Shown here: piece by piece, positions 22,131 through 36,079 of the stretch | Layout of the letters: each line of letters begins with the position of its first letter | Position numbering within the stretch: position 1 is the first letter of the stretch | Source: Tubiluchus corallicola | Lineage: Eukaryota; Animalia; Priapulida | NCBI GenBank assembly: GCA_030141605.1 | Contig: JAQGDQ010000923.1 | Coordinates: forward strand, 1 to 46,967 | DNA: 46,967 nt | Reading direction: 5' to 3' | Made by a program: the position numbers and the translations under genes | Notes under the pieces: generated by a model | Databases searched by the model: none | What the model was told of the DNA's origin: nothing | What the model saw: the letters and a program-made list of their open reading frames with translations, nothing else

Positions 22131-22498
22131 AACGCACACGTAGTTCCTGTAGGCCAAAGGTTAAGTGTACCACATTAACGCGTCTTAACTACAACTGTCA
22201 CGGGATATGTGAGCAAAGTAAAGCCTTGTGCCACATCCATTCAGTACCTTCAGTTGTTTTACGTAGACTTTACTTAATAACGCATTTATCTGTGTGTAGG
22301 GTGATTTACTAGTAGGATCTTACTTGGGAACAAGAAAAAATGAACTAGGTAAGGTTCTAGCTAGCTGTTAGTGCTGTTACTATTACAGTAGCTTGGGCCG
22401 CGAGACGTTGTCAAGTGCACACAAATGCGTTGTCTGGTACACTTAACCATTGACCTTTTCTCGACCACCATCAATCGCTGGAATGGTGAAAAAGCTTA
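22131..22498 (+). mobile_element. MITE family C, near full-length copy lacking the left TIR
   Basis: Homologous to 2970-3286. Internal 18-bp inverted repeat at 22155-22172 / 22435-22452. Confidence 0.85.
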
Positions 22499-22892
22499 TT
22501 ATACTAGTGAAATGTTCGCGTATTACTAATTGTTGGTTTTGCGCATGGCAAACAGCTGTGTTGGGTGGGGGTGGGGGTGGGGGTGGGGGGTGTTACTGAA
22601 AAAAGGCCTGCAAGTTAGTTAAATGCACGCAAATCATTCACAAGCGTTATTAACTATGTAAGTGAAATTTTCAAATGATCGACAGGAATCTGATCAATAA
22701 TAAGGTATATGAATCCAAAGCTGCTTTTACTGTAAATTACCTTTCTGTTTTTGCTATAAATCTTTAGTCACATTCCATTTAATTCGGGATTTAATGAGAG
22801 TAATTACTTTTCTCAGAATAACTACGTAAATGCTGTAAATGCCGTAAATGCTGTAAAACTTGTATGAAGAAGAATGCCGCAGAATATGCATA

Positions 22893-23007
22893 TGTATGTG
22901 TATGTGTACGTGTGCGTGTGCGTGTGCGTGTGCGTGTGCGTGTGCGTGTGCGTGTGCGTGTGCGTGTGCGTGTGCGTGTGCGTGTGTGTATGTATATGTA
23001 TATGTAT
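22893..23007. repeat. (GTGTGC)n microsatellite with (GTAT/GTATAT) flanks
   Basis: Direct reading; explains ORFs 22754-23053 and 22822-23013. Confidence 0.97.
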
Positions 23008-24068
23008 AGGCATATGTCTCTAAACTATGCGTAATTTTCTGAATGTATGACATAAGATTTTAAAATTTTAGGAAGTCGATTTTTACTACCCATTTTTGTC
23101 TTCGGTTGGACTATAGAAAGTATACTGCTGCCATCTACCGGCTACTTTTACATTTAGATACATTTTACTTAGCGCCGCGAAGTTACAAGCCTAAGCCCAC
23201 GTTCACGGCAATGTTAAGCATGTGTTATTTTAACATGTACTTGCCTATTTTACTCTCTGAGTTTGTAATGTAGTCGCCAAAGCACAAGACTGTCTCGTTT
23301 ATGTGCAGCTTTCGTACGAGCAACTGTTGTGTCCACAAACATTTGTTTTGCTGTATTTCTTATCTTTTGTACAAGCAGTTGTTCTCCTAATCGTTCTAAT
23401 TTCTTACGCGAGCGTAGAAAGTCGGTGGAAATCATGTTTTCGAACAGTTAATCGACACGACTTTTATTGTGCCCGCTAACGGAAGAGATTTACATTTAGC
23501 TTTCATGAGTTTTATTATTGTGCCGCAAGTTTGTGTAGTTTCCGCTTGATGTCGCCACGTGTCAGTGTCGTCATGTCATAGAAATGTAGAAATGTTGTTT
23601 AATTGAAGAAAACGTCGGTGAAAATACATTTTTAAAAAGCTACAAAAACATTTCTGTCGGTTTAAGAGTTTTTCATGTTTGTTTATTTATTTTTTGTTTG
23701 TCAGGTCGCCCGCTATGATACTTTTAATAAGCCACAATAACAAACTGGTTGGAGCTTGCGGTGGTGCCACGTAGTGGTGACAACTTTGGTTGCTGAGTGA
23801 TTACAGCGTCTGTGATTACGACGGCAGTTACGGGGAAGGCGGTGAGTGTGTTTGTGTTGGCAGTAGCAGTGGTGGTGACAGTGGCGATGACGAAGGCATG
23901 CATATTGATAATCTTGGTAGATTGGTGGCCAATAGTCTCAACCATTTTTTTATTCTATGAAATGTAAATGCAATTAATTGTTTAATACCAAGAACTATTC
24001 AAAAGTCACTCTTAATAATAGTAACTCTTAATAATAATTGGGTAAGCAAGAACATCATTTTAACTGAT

Positions 24069-24275
24069 GTGGCGTTTACCCAGTATCCGGATGCGTATGC
24101 GTTTGCGTTTTCCACCTGCGGAAAAAATCAATAGGAATAGTTACAGAAAAAGAATAACACATACGCAGGCTGCATAAACAGATGCGTTGGCAACAATATA
24201 AAACCCATTTTATCTATTGCGCACCCCTTCCCAAAAAGGAAACGCATCCGCATGCGAATGCCACATAAACGCCAC
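24069..24275 (+). mobile_element. MITE family E (Harbinger/Tourist-like)
   Basis: 10-bp TIR GTGGCGTTTA/TAAACGCCAC, subterminal GCGTATGCGTTT / AAACGCATCCGC inverted motifs, and a homologue at 32486-32694. Confidence 0.7.
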
Positions 24276-25460
24276 TTAAAGCGTCCGCAAAACACACAGT
24301 ATAAAATAACAGTAAGACCGCCAAACATCCTGTGGCGGTTTAACTGAAGAACTGGATCTCGCATTGACTCCATTTTGATTCCTGGTTGCAAGCTGTTATG
24401 CAATACTCTTCCCTGCCATATAATATTGTGCAGAATAATTGCATGATTCCGTGCATTAATAATTCCTTTGTGGCGTAATAAAGGAGCAGTAAAGTTGTTC
24501 TTATGATTTATAAAATGACTCGTATAACCGACTGTAAATATCACTGAATCTACTAGGAGCATATAACGTCCACATTTTTCTGTACATCACCTACTTACTT
24601 TGTCATCAGGTGATTATACAACAGCAGCAAGTTAATTTACTAGCGGCATCGTTTCACTCGGTATTCCCTCTGCAAGGCTGTCACTAGAATGAAGCCACTG
24701 CGTTCTCGAGTGGTTGCGTCTGGCCACCTGATGATGCATTATTGCTAAGGTGCATTATGTATTTCAGTAAATCAGTATGAAACTCATATCGTGGACAAAG
24801 CAACGTTATTACTTATTCACTTCGTGTGAAATTAAATTGTTAACCTGCAGTGCATTACAAACAATGATGTTGTGAAAGTACTTTTATTGTGGTTATACGT
24901 GTGCGCAATGAACGCTTCTTGTGTGCGCAATGAACGGTTGCTTTACAATTAGCGTCTAACTCTTTTCTAGGTGTTAAACCTGCTCGGTTGTGTTAGTTCC
25001 AAAGTAATTGACGTATAAGTCAGGTTGGTGGTAAACTGCATGAGAAAACTCTTTGAGTTCTATTACTTTTGTGTGTACTATTCATTATTAAAGCAATTGC
25101 TAGCGTTAACAGTAACTACTTGCTTGTAAAATAATATGTTTTGGTGAAAGTTACGTTCATGGTGGCTATGTAAGCCGTTTTAATTATTTATTTCTCGGTC
25201 AAAGCATTTATGTTAAAGCATGTTAGAGTTCGCGCCATTGCGATTTTATTTACGGGTTGCGAGACGCTGTACAAAGACAGACGACGGTTTTCCTTTTGTT
25301 AAAATGTTTTTCCAAATGCGAGATGTTTCATTCGTCTATTACGTTTTCTTGCAGTTGTATATTTCTTTCCTTTCTTTCAATAGTCTGCGTCCTTACAGCT
25401 ATATAGAAAATCACTCGATAATTTGTCAATTTACTATTTTGACTGAGGCATATTGATTAA

Positions 25461-25933
25461 AGGACAAGAAAAGAGGTACCTGAAGTAGGTTTCAGAAAAA
25501 TCGCCTTGAAAATTATATTACTTTATAGCAATTTTATGTGTATATCGTAGTCGCTTTGAAAAGATTTTTTGTTTGTTTTCATTTTAAATCTCCCGCAATA
25601 TTGTTCCGACCGCGCCATTACATGACGTCACCTACATAAAACGTAAATCAGGGGAAGAAAAGACAATGTTAAATTAAGTCCCAAAAAACTTTCCGTGCAA
25701 ATCTATATTACTTAGCTTTTCGCTTACCTGCTTTAAAGACTTATACAACTAGTAATGATAATTTAAAACGTTCGTGCCAATTGGTAAAATGTCGCTGGCT
25801 CACCCTCCGCGGTGCGCCACTCATTAGCCAAAAACGTATTTTTAATCTTATTGAAAAGATTCAGCAATCTAAAATTTTACCTAGTTAGTATCATGTGTGC
25901 TACGAATGCCCTGGTTATTTTTTCAAACTTCAC
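25461..25933 (-). mobile_element. MITE family B, truncated reverse copy
   Basis: TTAA|AGGACAAGAAAA start; reverse complement of about 40283-40752. Confidence 0.85.
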
Positions 25934-27457
25934 GCTAAAAGTTACAAATCAATACGTCGTACAAGAAACACTTTAATTGCAGCCAGTGAAAAGAAGTAGA
26001 CCTAATGCAGTACGTAAGCAATTTTTGAACATTGAAATCTTAAACTTTGAAATTTTTAAACAGAATTATATTCCCTGAAGATAATCAGTTTTTGTCCCGA
26101 AAATGTGCAATTCATTTGCCCTGGGAGGGCAGCCATCCGACCCCCGCCCCATACGCTTAGGACAACACGTTTTTAAATTCTTTGCCTTTCGTGCCACTTT
26201 TCATACCTTCCGTATTGTTTCATAGTTTTATTGGAGGTTAAAATCTGTACACTGAGAGAGTCATCAAAAATGATTTTTTCTCATTTTGATGATTTCCAGC
26301 ATGAAAGCAGGGCCGGTTTTAAGCCGAGCAAACAGATTTGTTCAAATTGGGTCTCATGCCAATATGGGGCCCGCAAACATGCTCGGGCGGAGGACGCTAT
26401 GATGAATTAATGAGCGTCCAGTGTGCACGAAGTTTCTCGGTATTGTGAGGATAGTGAAATTGTTCAGTCTGTCTTCGTATATATATGCTTCAATGTGTTT
26501 TGCTGATCGTTTGGTTATTTGTTATGTAAATTCATTTTGTAATCATCGCCATTTACCTTTTTAAAAAATAAAATAATTCGGTATTATGCAGTAGTGCATT
26601 ATGCCCAATCCCTATATGCATTAGTTAATTAGTTAGATCGTCGTTGGATTTTAATTTTTACTAATTTGGGGACGATATTCGAACCCTCAACAGAAAGGGC
26701 GTTGTTAATGAGATTATATACATAAAGCTTGAAATATATAAAGTTGTGTTGTTTGTTATAATGTGTCCAAAGTGTTTATACTATTCTGCAGCATTTTTAG
26801 GGTAGAAGGCCCCACTAACTCAGTATTTGGGCCAAGCACTTCCTAGCAAGAAAGTTATTCTTGACATTCAAGACGTTCGCCATGGACAGTAAGGTCATTG
26901 CTGCTACTGACGTATAATAGCCATTTAAATTGATTGCATAGATTTATACACAGAAGGCAACACCTGCTACTAGGCAATTTACTAAGCACAATTCTCGGCT
27001 CTGTAAACTCATTAGTAACTGTATGCCAATATTTATGTGTATGTAGCAGATGTTACTGTAAGTAATTGTACATTGTCTGTTACATAGCTGAAGCCCAGTA
27101 TGCACTTACGCTGTATTACTTTGTTGGCATTGCAGTCTGTGACGAAGTTTGTTCTTTTGTGAACAGTTCAAACGCTTCTCTGAATTCGTTGCCATTTTTG
27201 TAAGAGCGGGTTAAACGTGATAGAAAACATTTTCGGAATTCTAAAAGAATCTAGTCAGTTTTGTGAAAAGTCACCTTATCAGGTACAGTCAAGTTAAACT
27301 TTGTTTAGTGTTTGGGATTTGGTTTTGCGGAATGCGAAAACATTGTATCCATTTTTATGAAATAAATTTCAACAAAGGTGTCTGTTTTTGAACATTTATG
27401 CGCATACATTTGAACTGTGACCTGTATTTGGAGCACATAACTGTGTAATATGAAGAT

Positions 27458-28060
27458 CGGTGGCGGATTTAGGTGGTGGGCCCAATGGACCTGCCCCCCC
27501 CCCATTTCATATTAGCAGTTACAGCACACCAAGTAAATATTTTCTCTGGATTATAAGCTTTAGAACGTTTACTGGTAGGTTTTAATGACTTATGTCGACC
27601 AAAAAGTTCTGCATTAATGATTTTAATGTAAAAACGTTGTGCCCTTTAAGTAATAATTGAAGTTTTTGGCAAAGATATCGCTGTGCGCAATATAGGTGTA
27701 AGTTTCTCTGCAATCGGGTCGGCCGCATAATAAACAAGAGTGAATCAACTGATCAAACTGTAAGGTGTAAAAATCACATAGCACAAGGGCTCTACTCTTC
27801 AAAACACATGAAAGTTATGTACATCATGTACACTGTATACTAGCATATTGCTGTGTAATTAAGAGTCAAAAGTTTGAGATAACATAATGAGTTTTAAACT
27901 ATTGAATTTGCTTAAGGAAACAGCAAGAAAAATGGTGTAAAATGCAGTAAAATGCACCGGCAGTCGGGGCTCCGTCCCGAACCCTGCTCTCGCTCCGTCA
28001 GACCCCCTAGCTGATTTTTCTTTGAGCCAGTCCTTCTTCTAAAGCGTATATCCGTCCTTG
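27458..28060. mobile_element. Degenerate hAT-like MITE
   Basis: CGGTGGCGGATTTAG...poly-C at the left, GC-rich gaccccc motifs, and TATCCGTCCTTG at the right. TSD not convincing. Confidence 0.4.
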
Positions 28061-29548
28061 AAGACGTTTCTCAACAAAATTAGTCGGGAATGCAAAACAT
28101 TGGGGTAATGGTTTATTGAGCTTTTCTGTTCAACTTCCTTCTTGTGTCATTTTGATCGCCAACGTAACTTATGAATAGCAATTTTGCAAAACAGATCTTT
28201 TTTAACATTTCAAAAGCTTATGAATAGGAAAACACACTAATTTTTGCAAGTACCATAATGAAGTGTTACAATTCTGTAACATTCTCTAAGCTCAGCTCAG
28301 TCATTATCATATTTTTTACTAAATAAAAATTTGTTATTGCGAACTTTTTATAACCTTTGTATAATGTTGCTGTTTTCTGAAGAAAATTAGCCTATAAAAT
28401 GTTTCATTTTTGCTGTTCCTGCTAAAGATTGTAAATATTAATTTTTTGGTCAATAAACTACTACTACTACTGCAATACCATTTTTCGTTGTCATGACCCG
28501 TCTTTTTCTTAAACATTTACCGTAACTCAATTGTGAAGTCTAAATTTTATAAACTGATAAAAACTTATTACGTGAGCAACGAGAACCAGAATAGCATCAC
28601 AGTGAAACAGACCTCTTTATGGAGTTACTTCACAACCGAGTGACCCACGCATCCTTTGGGCACTCAAAGCGATGACCTAGGCGCTCTTATAGGTTATTAA
28701 GTCACACGAAATTTTTAGCATCAAAACGCTTTGGATAATTTAAATTTAAATTTAGACTTGGGGCTTCTTCAAATTTCACAAATGTACTTTTACTAAAATT
28801 ATGCAGTCGCTTATAGTAGTAGTTCAAGGTCAAACATCAACATTTTAACGTTTTAGTACTAAAAATTTCAAAAATTGGTGAGCTGTTCACAAAAGTGGTA
28901 ATTTCTTGATACTTGAGGACACCTTTGCCAAACCAAGCGCTGGCAACTTGTAGTTAATTGTTACTGGTTCCTCAGGCTCTTTTGTTTGTCTATTTGTTTA
29001 TCCGTTCTTCATTTGTTTATTAATTCCTTCGTCGGTTTGTCCACCCGGCCATTCATAAATTTACTTAGTTGTTCGTTCTTTCGCTTTTGTGTTTTGTGTT
29101 TAACTTCAGAAGCATTCCTAGAACCTGGTGTTTCAAATTTGTCAAATCAATAAGAGAGAGATGTGCTATCAATATGTAACGTGAAGGTGCAAATTGTACA
29201 ATGAACGCACATGCATTCTAACCATAATGTAAGTCTAACCGTATAAATTGCTTAGTAGTAGGATTTTCAGATGATAATGAATCACTAATTTGATTAACCG
29301 AACGCTTTTTTCATCAATTATGCAATGTATGAACGAGGAGGAAGGTTCTCATAAATCATTTAATGGGGGTAATATCCGTGCCATTGGGACAAACCGTGCA
29401 TCGATCAAAATTAAGGTAGAATTGCTTTACTGTCAGCGGTACACGGGAGATATTTTCATTTTGCAAATCATAGCGCAACACCTTCTGACAAACGATCGTC
29501 TTTTAACTCAACGTAAAAATGAGAAATTATATTAGCCCTGAAAGTGGA

Positions 29549-31085
29549 GTCATTGGTAATCTGACTTGTTACTTCGCAGGCAGTTGCTAATGTGACTTGT
29601 TACTTCTTATTGCGTTGGTAACGTGTCATGTGTTATTTTCTTCTTTCATTGTCAATGTTACTTCTTACTTCTCAGTCAAAAGTAATGTGACTTGTTACTT
29701 CTCAGGTCATTGGTAACAGTACTTGTTACTTCCCAGGTCATTGATAACGTGACTCGTTACTTCTCAGGTCATTGATATCGTGACTTGTTACTTCTCAGGT
29801 CATTGATAACGTGACTTGTTACTTCTCAGGTCATTGGTAACGTGACTTGTTACTTCTCAGGTCATTGATGTCGTGACTTGTTACTTCTCAGGTCATTGAT
29901 ATCGTGACTCGTTACTTCTCAGGTCATTGATATCGTGACTTGTTACTTCTCAGGTCATTGATAACGTGACTCGTTACTTCTCAGGTCATTGATATCGTGA
30001 CTTGTTACTTCTCAGGTCATTGATAACGTGACTCGTTACTTTTCAGGTCATTGATAACGTGACTCGTTACTTCTCAGGTCATTGATATCGTGACTTGTTA
30101 CTTCTCAGGTCATTGATATCGTGACTCGTTACTTCTCAGGTCATTGATAACGTGACTTGTTACTTCTCAGGTCATTGATATCGTGACTTGTTGCGTCTCA
30201 GGTCATTGATGTCGTGACTTGTTACTTCTCAGGTCATTGATGTCGTGACTTGTTACTTCTCAGGTCATTGATAACGTGACTTGTTACTTCTCAGGTCATT
30301 GATGTCGTGACTTGTTACTTCTCAGGTCATTGATATCGTGACTTGTTACTTCTCAGGTCATTGATATCGTGACTTGTTACTTCTCAGGTCATTGATATCG
30401 TGACTTGTTACTTCTCAGGTCATTGATAACGTGACTTGTTACTTCTCAGGTCATTGATAACGTGACTTGTTACTTCAAAGGTCATTGATGTCGTGACTTG
30501 TTACTTCTCAGGTCATTGATATCGTGACTTGTTACTTCTCAGGTCATTGATATCGTGACTCGTTACTTCTCAGGTCATTGATAACGTGACTCGTTACTTC
30601 TCAGGTCATTGATATCGTGACTTGTTACTTCTCAGGTCATTGATATCGTGACTTGTTACTTCTCAGGTCATTGATAACGTGACTTGTTACTTCTCAGGTC
30701 ATTGATAACGTGACTTGTTACTTCTCAGGTCAATGATAACGTGACTTGTTACTTCTCAGGTCATTGATGTCGTGACTTGTTACTTCTCAGGTCATTGATG
30801 TCGTGACTTGTTACTTCTCAGGTCATTGATAACGTGACTTGTTACTTCTCAGGTCATTAATATCGTGACTTGTTACTTCTCAGGTCATTGATATCGTGAC
30901 TTGTTACTTCTCAGGTCATTGATATCGTGACTTGTTACTTCTCAGGTCATTGATATCGTGACTTGTTACTTCTCAGGTCATTGATAACGTGACTTGTTAC
31001 TTCTCAGGTCATTGATAACGTGACTTGTTACTTCTCAAGTCATTTGTAATGCGACTTGCCATTTCGCAGGTCACTGGAGTGCGAT
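29549..31085. repeat. 31-bp minisatellite array (~49 copies including degenerate edges)
   Basis: Unit CGTGACT(T/C)GTTACTTCTCAGGTCATTGAT(AT/AA/GT). Confidence 0.98.
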
Positions 31086-31734
31086 TTACAAAGAAAAAAA
31101 ATCTGAGACAACTGGTCATCATTTCATTTGCTGATTGCTGTCTTTTCGGTCATCCGCCAAGTGATTTACAGCTTAACAGACAGTTCCTCTTCGTCAAGTC
31201 TGTTTCTTCTTAGGTGCATCACTTGTCATGGGACCTACTTGCTTCTCAGGTCCTTTTAGTCAAGCAATTTACAGCTTTCGTAAAAGATTAACGCTGCGGG
31301 ATTTGTTGCTCATGTGGTCATTGGTCGTATAATGCTTCACTTGACAAGCCTGAGAAGCTTATGCCGTAAGAAAGTTGTTAGAACTCTCCAAGCAGGCTTA
31401 CTTGCCGAAGGTGATTAGACTGAAGACGAGCGACCAGTCTTCTCATCCTGGATGTTATTGCTGATCTCACAGGAATCTGTCGGTCAGCCTTGAAAATAGA
31501 AAACCTAGAGTTGGGTGATTTAAACTTAATGCCAGTAGTCCATCACATGCTAAAGAACACGGGTTGTTTTTTCTCTTTCGAGACTTATTTGCGACTGACT
31601 AAAATAGTCTCACTCTTTGTGGTAGGTATTAGTTTAATCGCTTTTTAAGTACCGGATTTTGCTTATACGAAATGTGGAGCTAAAACAGAGTGTTTGCGTG
31701 TAAATGCTGCAAAATTTGAAATATCTTGCAGTGC

Positions 31735-31951
31735 AGATGTAGCTGAGGTGGTATGCATAGACGTTTTCACACACACGGGCGTATCCAAGATCAGATGTAG
31801 TATAGACGTTTTTACACACACGGGCGTATCCAAGATCAGATGTAGCTGAGGTGGTATGCATAGACGTTTTTACACACACGGGCGTATCCAAGATCATATG
31901 TAGCTGATGTGGTATGCATATTTGTTTTTACACACACGGGCGTATCAAAGA
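31735..31951. repeat. ~58-bp tandem repeat, 4 copies (second internally deleted)
   Basis: gatgtagctgaggtggtatgcatagacgtttttacacacacgggcgtatccaagatca repeated. Confidence 0.92.
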
Positions 31952-32110
31952 TTTTACGTCCCATAGGCAGGTAGTTTAATCTCGCTCGTCTCTATTTTGG
32001 ATTGATGTAAAATTCAATAGACAACTACTTGTGATGTATTAGTAGCGTCTGCGCGGTTATTGTTAATGCATAGTTCTCATAAACAAGCATTTTTCGCGAG
32101 CGGATATTAA

Positions 32111-32310
32111 AGGAAGACAGGATGATTTTTCATATACTACCCCATTTTCAAGTCCGTTCAAAAGCAAACATTTTAACACAATTAATACTGCAAAAGCGTT
32201 TCTGATAATTAAATAATAGATTAAAAACTTAATTAACGGCGGGCTAGCCCGACTATTAATGACATCACAAACTAACATGATTTTCAACAGCAAAAATATT
32301 CCACGAGCGT
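32111..32310 (-). mobile_element. MITE family A, terminal 200-bp fragment
   Basis: TTAA|AGGAAGACAGGATGA start; matches 5081-5281. Confidence 0.85.
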
Positions 32311-32485
32311 TTTGACCTATAGTTTAAAATTAGGTCCGTTTATGTTTTAAAAATTTTTCAGTCCTAGGTTGGGCCAGGGAACCTAAAACCTGGCGCCCTA
32401 GGCAGCTAGACTACAGCATAATTAGCCTATTGGTAAATACGCCTCTGTTTAACACCCACTACTAAAGTTAGTTAACATGGCTACC

Positions 32486-32694
32486 TTAACTGTCGTTTAC
32501 CAAACATCCGGAATGCGTTATGCGTTATCCACCTGTGGAACAGCTGTATATAAAAACCTCAATAGGAAATAACTGCAGAAAAAATAACGCATGTCTAATA
32601 AATGAGTGTATTGAAAACATTTTAAGCCGATTTTATCTATTTCGTAACCGCGCAAACGCATACGCATTCGAGATGTCTGGTAAAGGCCACTTAA
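32486..32694 (+). mobile_element. MITE family E, second copy
   Basis: ttaactgtcgtttacca ... tggtaaaggccacttaa; the interior is similar to 24069-24275. Confidence 0.7.
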
Positions 32695-34374
32695 TCCGTT
32701 GTGTATCGTAGGTTGCCTGTTCTCATTGAGGACAAAGCTTTGTGTGGTAGTCACGGCTTTAACTCACAAAATCTTAGGTACATTTCGTAGAGAAGACAAA
32801 GTTCCCTTTTAAAACTGAAACATTTTTATTTTTCGCAGGAACTTTCTTCCTTCAAGGATTTCCTCAACTGTAAGGTAAAGATAACAAGAATTAAAAAAAA
32901 CTACAGAATAAACTACATGTAAAGTGTAAGTATACAGTGACGTTAAAATAAGAGATACAAAATTCATTAAGAAGCTGTATTAAAAACTAAATTAGAAGAA
33001 ACTTTACAATTAGCAATTAAGAAAAGACGAAATCAAAGTGAAGCCGACCAACTCATCCGAAATCTACTTGCATGGTCTAGATCTTGAATTTTGGAGTTTG
33101 AAAATGTATGTACCTGTCGGGAAGGAGTTAAGGAGCCCTTGTTAATTCGAAAACACAATCCGTCATTGAACATTGTACAGTCGTATAGCCGGATTCCCAC
33201 TCAAAGTGTTTTAACTCTTAATCGACCAAAGAGGAGTAAAAAATTACCCCAGCAGTGTTTGCTCATATTTTTTATATTGATGCACACAACGAAACATTTT
33301 CAAACTAGTAGTGATTAGATTTATTTCGACTTGTTATGCAACCATACCTTGGTTTTGTTGAAAACTATTATTCATGCTTTTTTTACAAATGTATGCCAGA
33401 TAGTACGTGTCGTGGGGTAAGTTGTTACCCGTCTTTGTCTTTCATGTAGACAAAATTTTTAAGATGGCACAGCAATATTTTTCTTTCTGGTAACACCAAA
33501 TGCTTACCTTGACAACTAAGAAGTGCTGCAAACCTTTAATTACAGCCTGTAGTTCTGCAAAGTGATTTTTCTAACAATCTACTGAAGACATCTCACATTA
33601 AATTTTGGGGAAATTCTTCATTTAGTAATATGGCCGGAACTTTAGCTATACAGGTGGCTAAGCTTGAAGCTGATGAAGATGACATTTTACAAGATCCAGT
33701 AAGTGAGGATGAGATAGATGCCTTAGAATTAAACTGTGAACATCATTTGTCTATCATGTCACAAGGCTTGATAAACCATGCGAAAGTAATATAGCTCAAT
33801 AGTACAGTGATGGAATACCTCTTTGTATCATTCCTACCTCATAATTCTACGACAACTTGACCCAGAACTTGGTTTTGTACTAATAGGGGCACCTCGATTG
33901 CTGGTCATTCTATCCAGTTAGTAACACATATTAAGCAAAAATTTCATGGGTAATTTTTACCCCGCTTGATCTTTAGTGGTCGGCTAAGGGTTAACCATCG
34001 TTCAGTCACGTGTAGTCTTTTTATACAAAATGCCCCAAAACAAGACTCAGAATTCTTCTACTATGCATGCACAAATTGTACATATATCAAGGTAAATATG
34101 TTGATTAGTTTTCTGCCTTAGGTGGCATTATATAACAGCCGCTCTATCACATCAATGCTCAACCTATCATCTGAGTGATGATAGCTTGGACAAGGAAGTT
34201 TCTAATTCTACACTGCCTGTGTAATTACACAGTTCAGAACAAGAGGAACTGTTCTCATCATTATACTCTCTAGCAGCCGTTATTAGCTTTTCCGGAAACA
34301 TGAAAGACTGATGTTACTCTGACTGCACGCTAAATGAGAAAACTAAATGAAGATCTGAGCTAATCAACGGACGC

Positions 34375-35129
34375 CATAGGCGCACGAGGCGCGGGGATGG
34401 TGGGTGGTGGTGGTGGGGGTGGGTTGGTTTGAGTCAGCGGTTGCCCTCCCAGACCAAATGAATTTTACGTTTTCAGGGCGAATAATTGTATAATAAAATT
34501 TGCAAATTTAATAATGAATATTAAAAATGTTTAAAATGACAAGAATAAAACTTTTAAAGTTCACGAGGCTTTAAAGAATGCAAATCTAAACTTACACTTA
34601 AACATTTTCTAAAAAAATTCTGCTTGAAAAATGAAAATTGTAAAGTTCACTTTTGGCAAAAAGTTTTTCACAGTTTTTATTTTAACATTAAATTTACGCA
34701 TGTTTACGTTCAATACAGGATTTAACAATGTCGTTGTATCATTTGAAATAGGAACTCCGATTAGAAAGAGTTGTAAATTACGTTACTTTATTAAACACCG
34801 TTCATTACCTTGGGCTTAAAGTTTGTTTAAAAAACATTTCCAGCTTTCTATTGTCTTGAGTGTCTGGGTTACAGGGTTAAGCGATGCACGTCGGGGGTTG
34901 CGAATGGCTTCACAAGTTGACTAGCCTAGAACCTCTCTTCATCTAAATCTGCCCTGAGCAGTCCTATAAATGTTGTTTTTAAACACTTCTGTCAGTCTAT
35001 ATCCTATACAAGTATGTACGCCGCTGTTTGAACTTCTTTGGAATTTTTAGAGAATGGCAATTTTCAGGGCAAATTTTTTGGGCAACCCCCCCCCCCCCCC
35101 CCATTGAGACGTCCTCGCGTTCTCCTGTG
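34375..35129. mobile_element. Degenerate hAT-like MITE
   Basis: CATAGGCGCACG ... CGTTCTCCTGTG (9/12 TIR match), G-rich left and poly-C right subtermini; 8-bp flanks match only 5/8. Confidence 0.45.
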
Positions 35130-35961
35130 CCACACGCAATGTTACATAAATGCAAGTAAGTAGTTACACGATTCAAATCAACCCTCCTCGTTTACCTCAA
35201 GCATCACAGTAGTTTCACCTTTCAGCTTTGACTGCAGTGCAACATTGTATTAGCTTCTCATATACGTTTACATAAAATTACAGCTAGGCCTCCTAGGGCA
35301 CAAACTTCCGATTCCGCTTAGGGCACAAGCTTCCGTTTCACTTTGCACGTCACCTGGTGCGATTATTAAATAATAAAATTTTTTGGATACACGGCAAAAT
35401 ACAGTGTTTTCAAAGATATGTTTCCCTACATTATTGTGCCCTTTGACGTCACTATGACATCACTATTTGTCTACACAGATGTCACCTTGAAGCACTTTTA
35501 TTGTCAAAAACAAACTTGCGCGCCATTATCTGGAATCATTAGTAAAACACTTTTCGCTACAATGTACGTACATACAATTTTTTGGAAATACGTGAAAGGC
35601 TGAAGTTTTGTAACGCTTAAAAATGCAGCAAAACTCGTCAGCGTTGCATCAATGATTAGCAATCGCTTTGAAAACCTTGATGATCGTTTTGGATGCATTT
35701 TGATAACGGAAAACTGCTAATTAATGTCTTGTCAGTGTTAATTATTTTTAAGTTAATGTGATAGCATCAACGACCGCTAATAGGTTCACCATTTTTACTG
35801 AATCATTGACTTAACGTGAAACCAGCGTATTTTGATTATTGATTGATTGATTATAATTTTTTCAGACCAGAAAATGCATATAGAAAACAAAACATAAAAT
35901 CAATGAAATCAAAATTGACTTAACTAAGATGTAATTGCCAAAAATAGTGATTAAATTAATG

Positions 35962-36079
35962 GCACGCACACGCACACACACACGCGCACACGCACACGCA
36001 CACACACACGCGCACACGCACACACACGCACGCACGCACACACACACACACACGCACACTCTCACACACATATATACAT
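35962..36079. repeat. (CA)n/(CACG)n compound microsatellite
   Basis: Direct reading; explains ORF 35862-36071. Confidence 0.97.

Noticed and set aside
26308-26850. CAGGGCCGGTTTTAAG hAT-like left end
   Set aside because: No matching right TIR or TSD found, so boundaries cannot be supported.
29549-31085. CRISPR-like 31-bp repeats
   Set aside because: Head-to-tail tandem units with no spacers.
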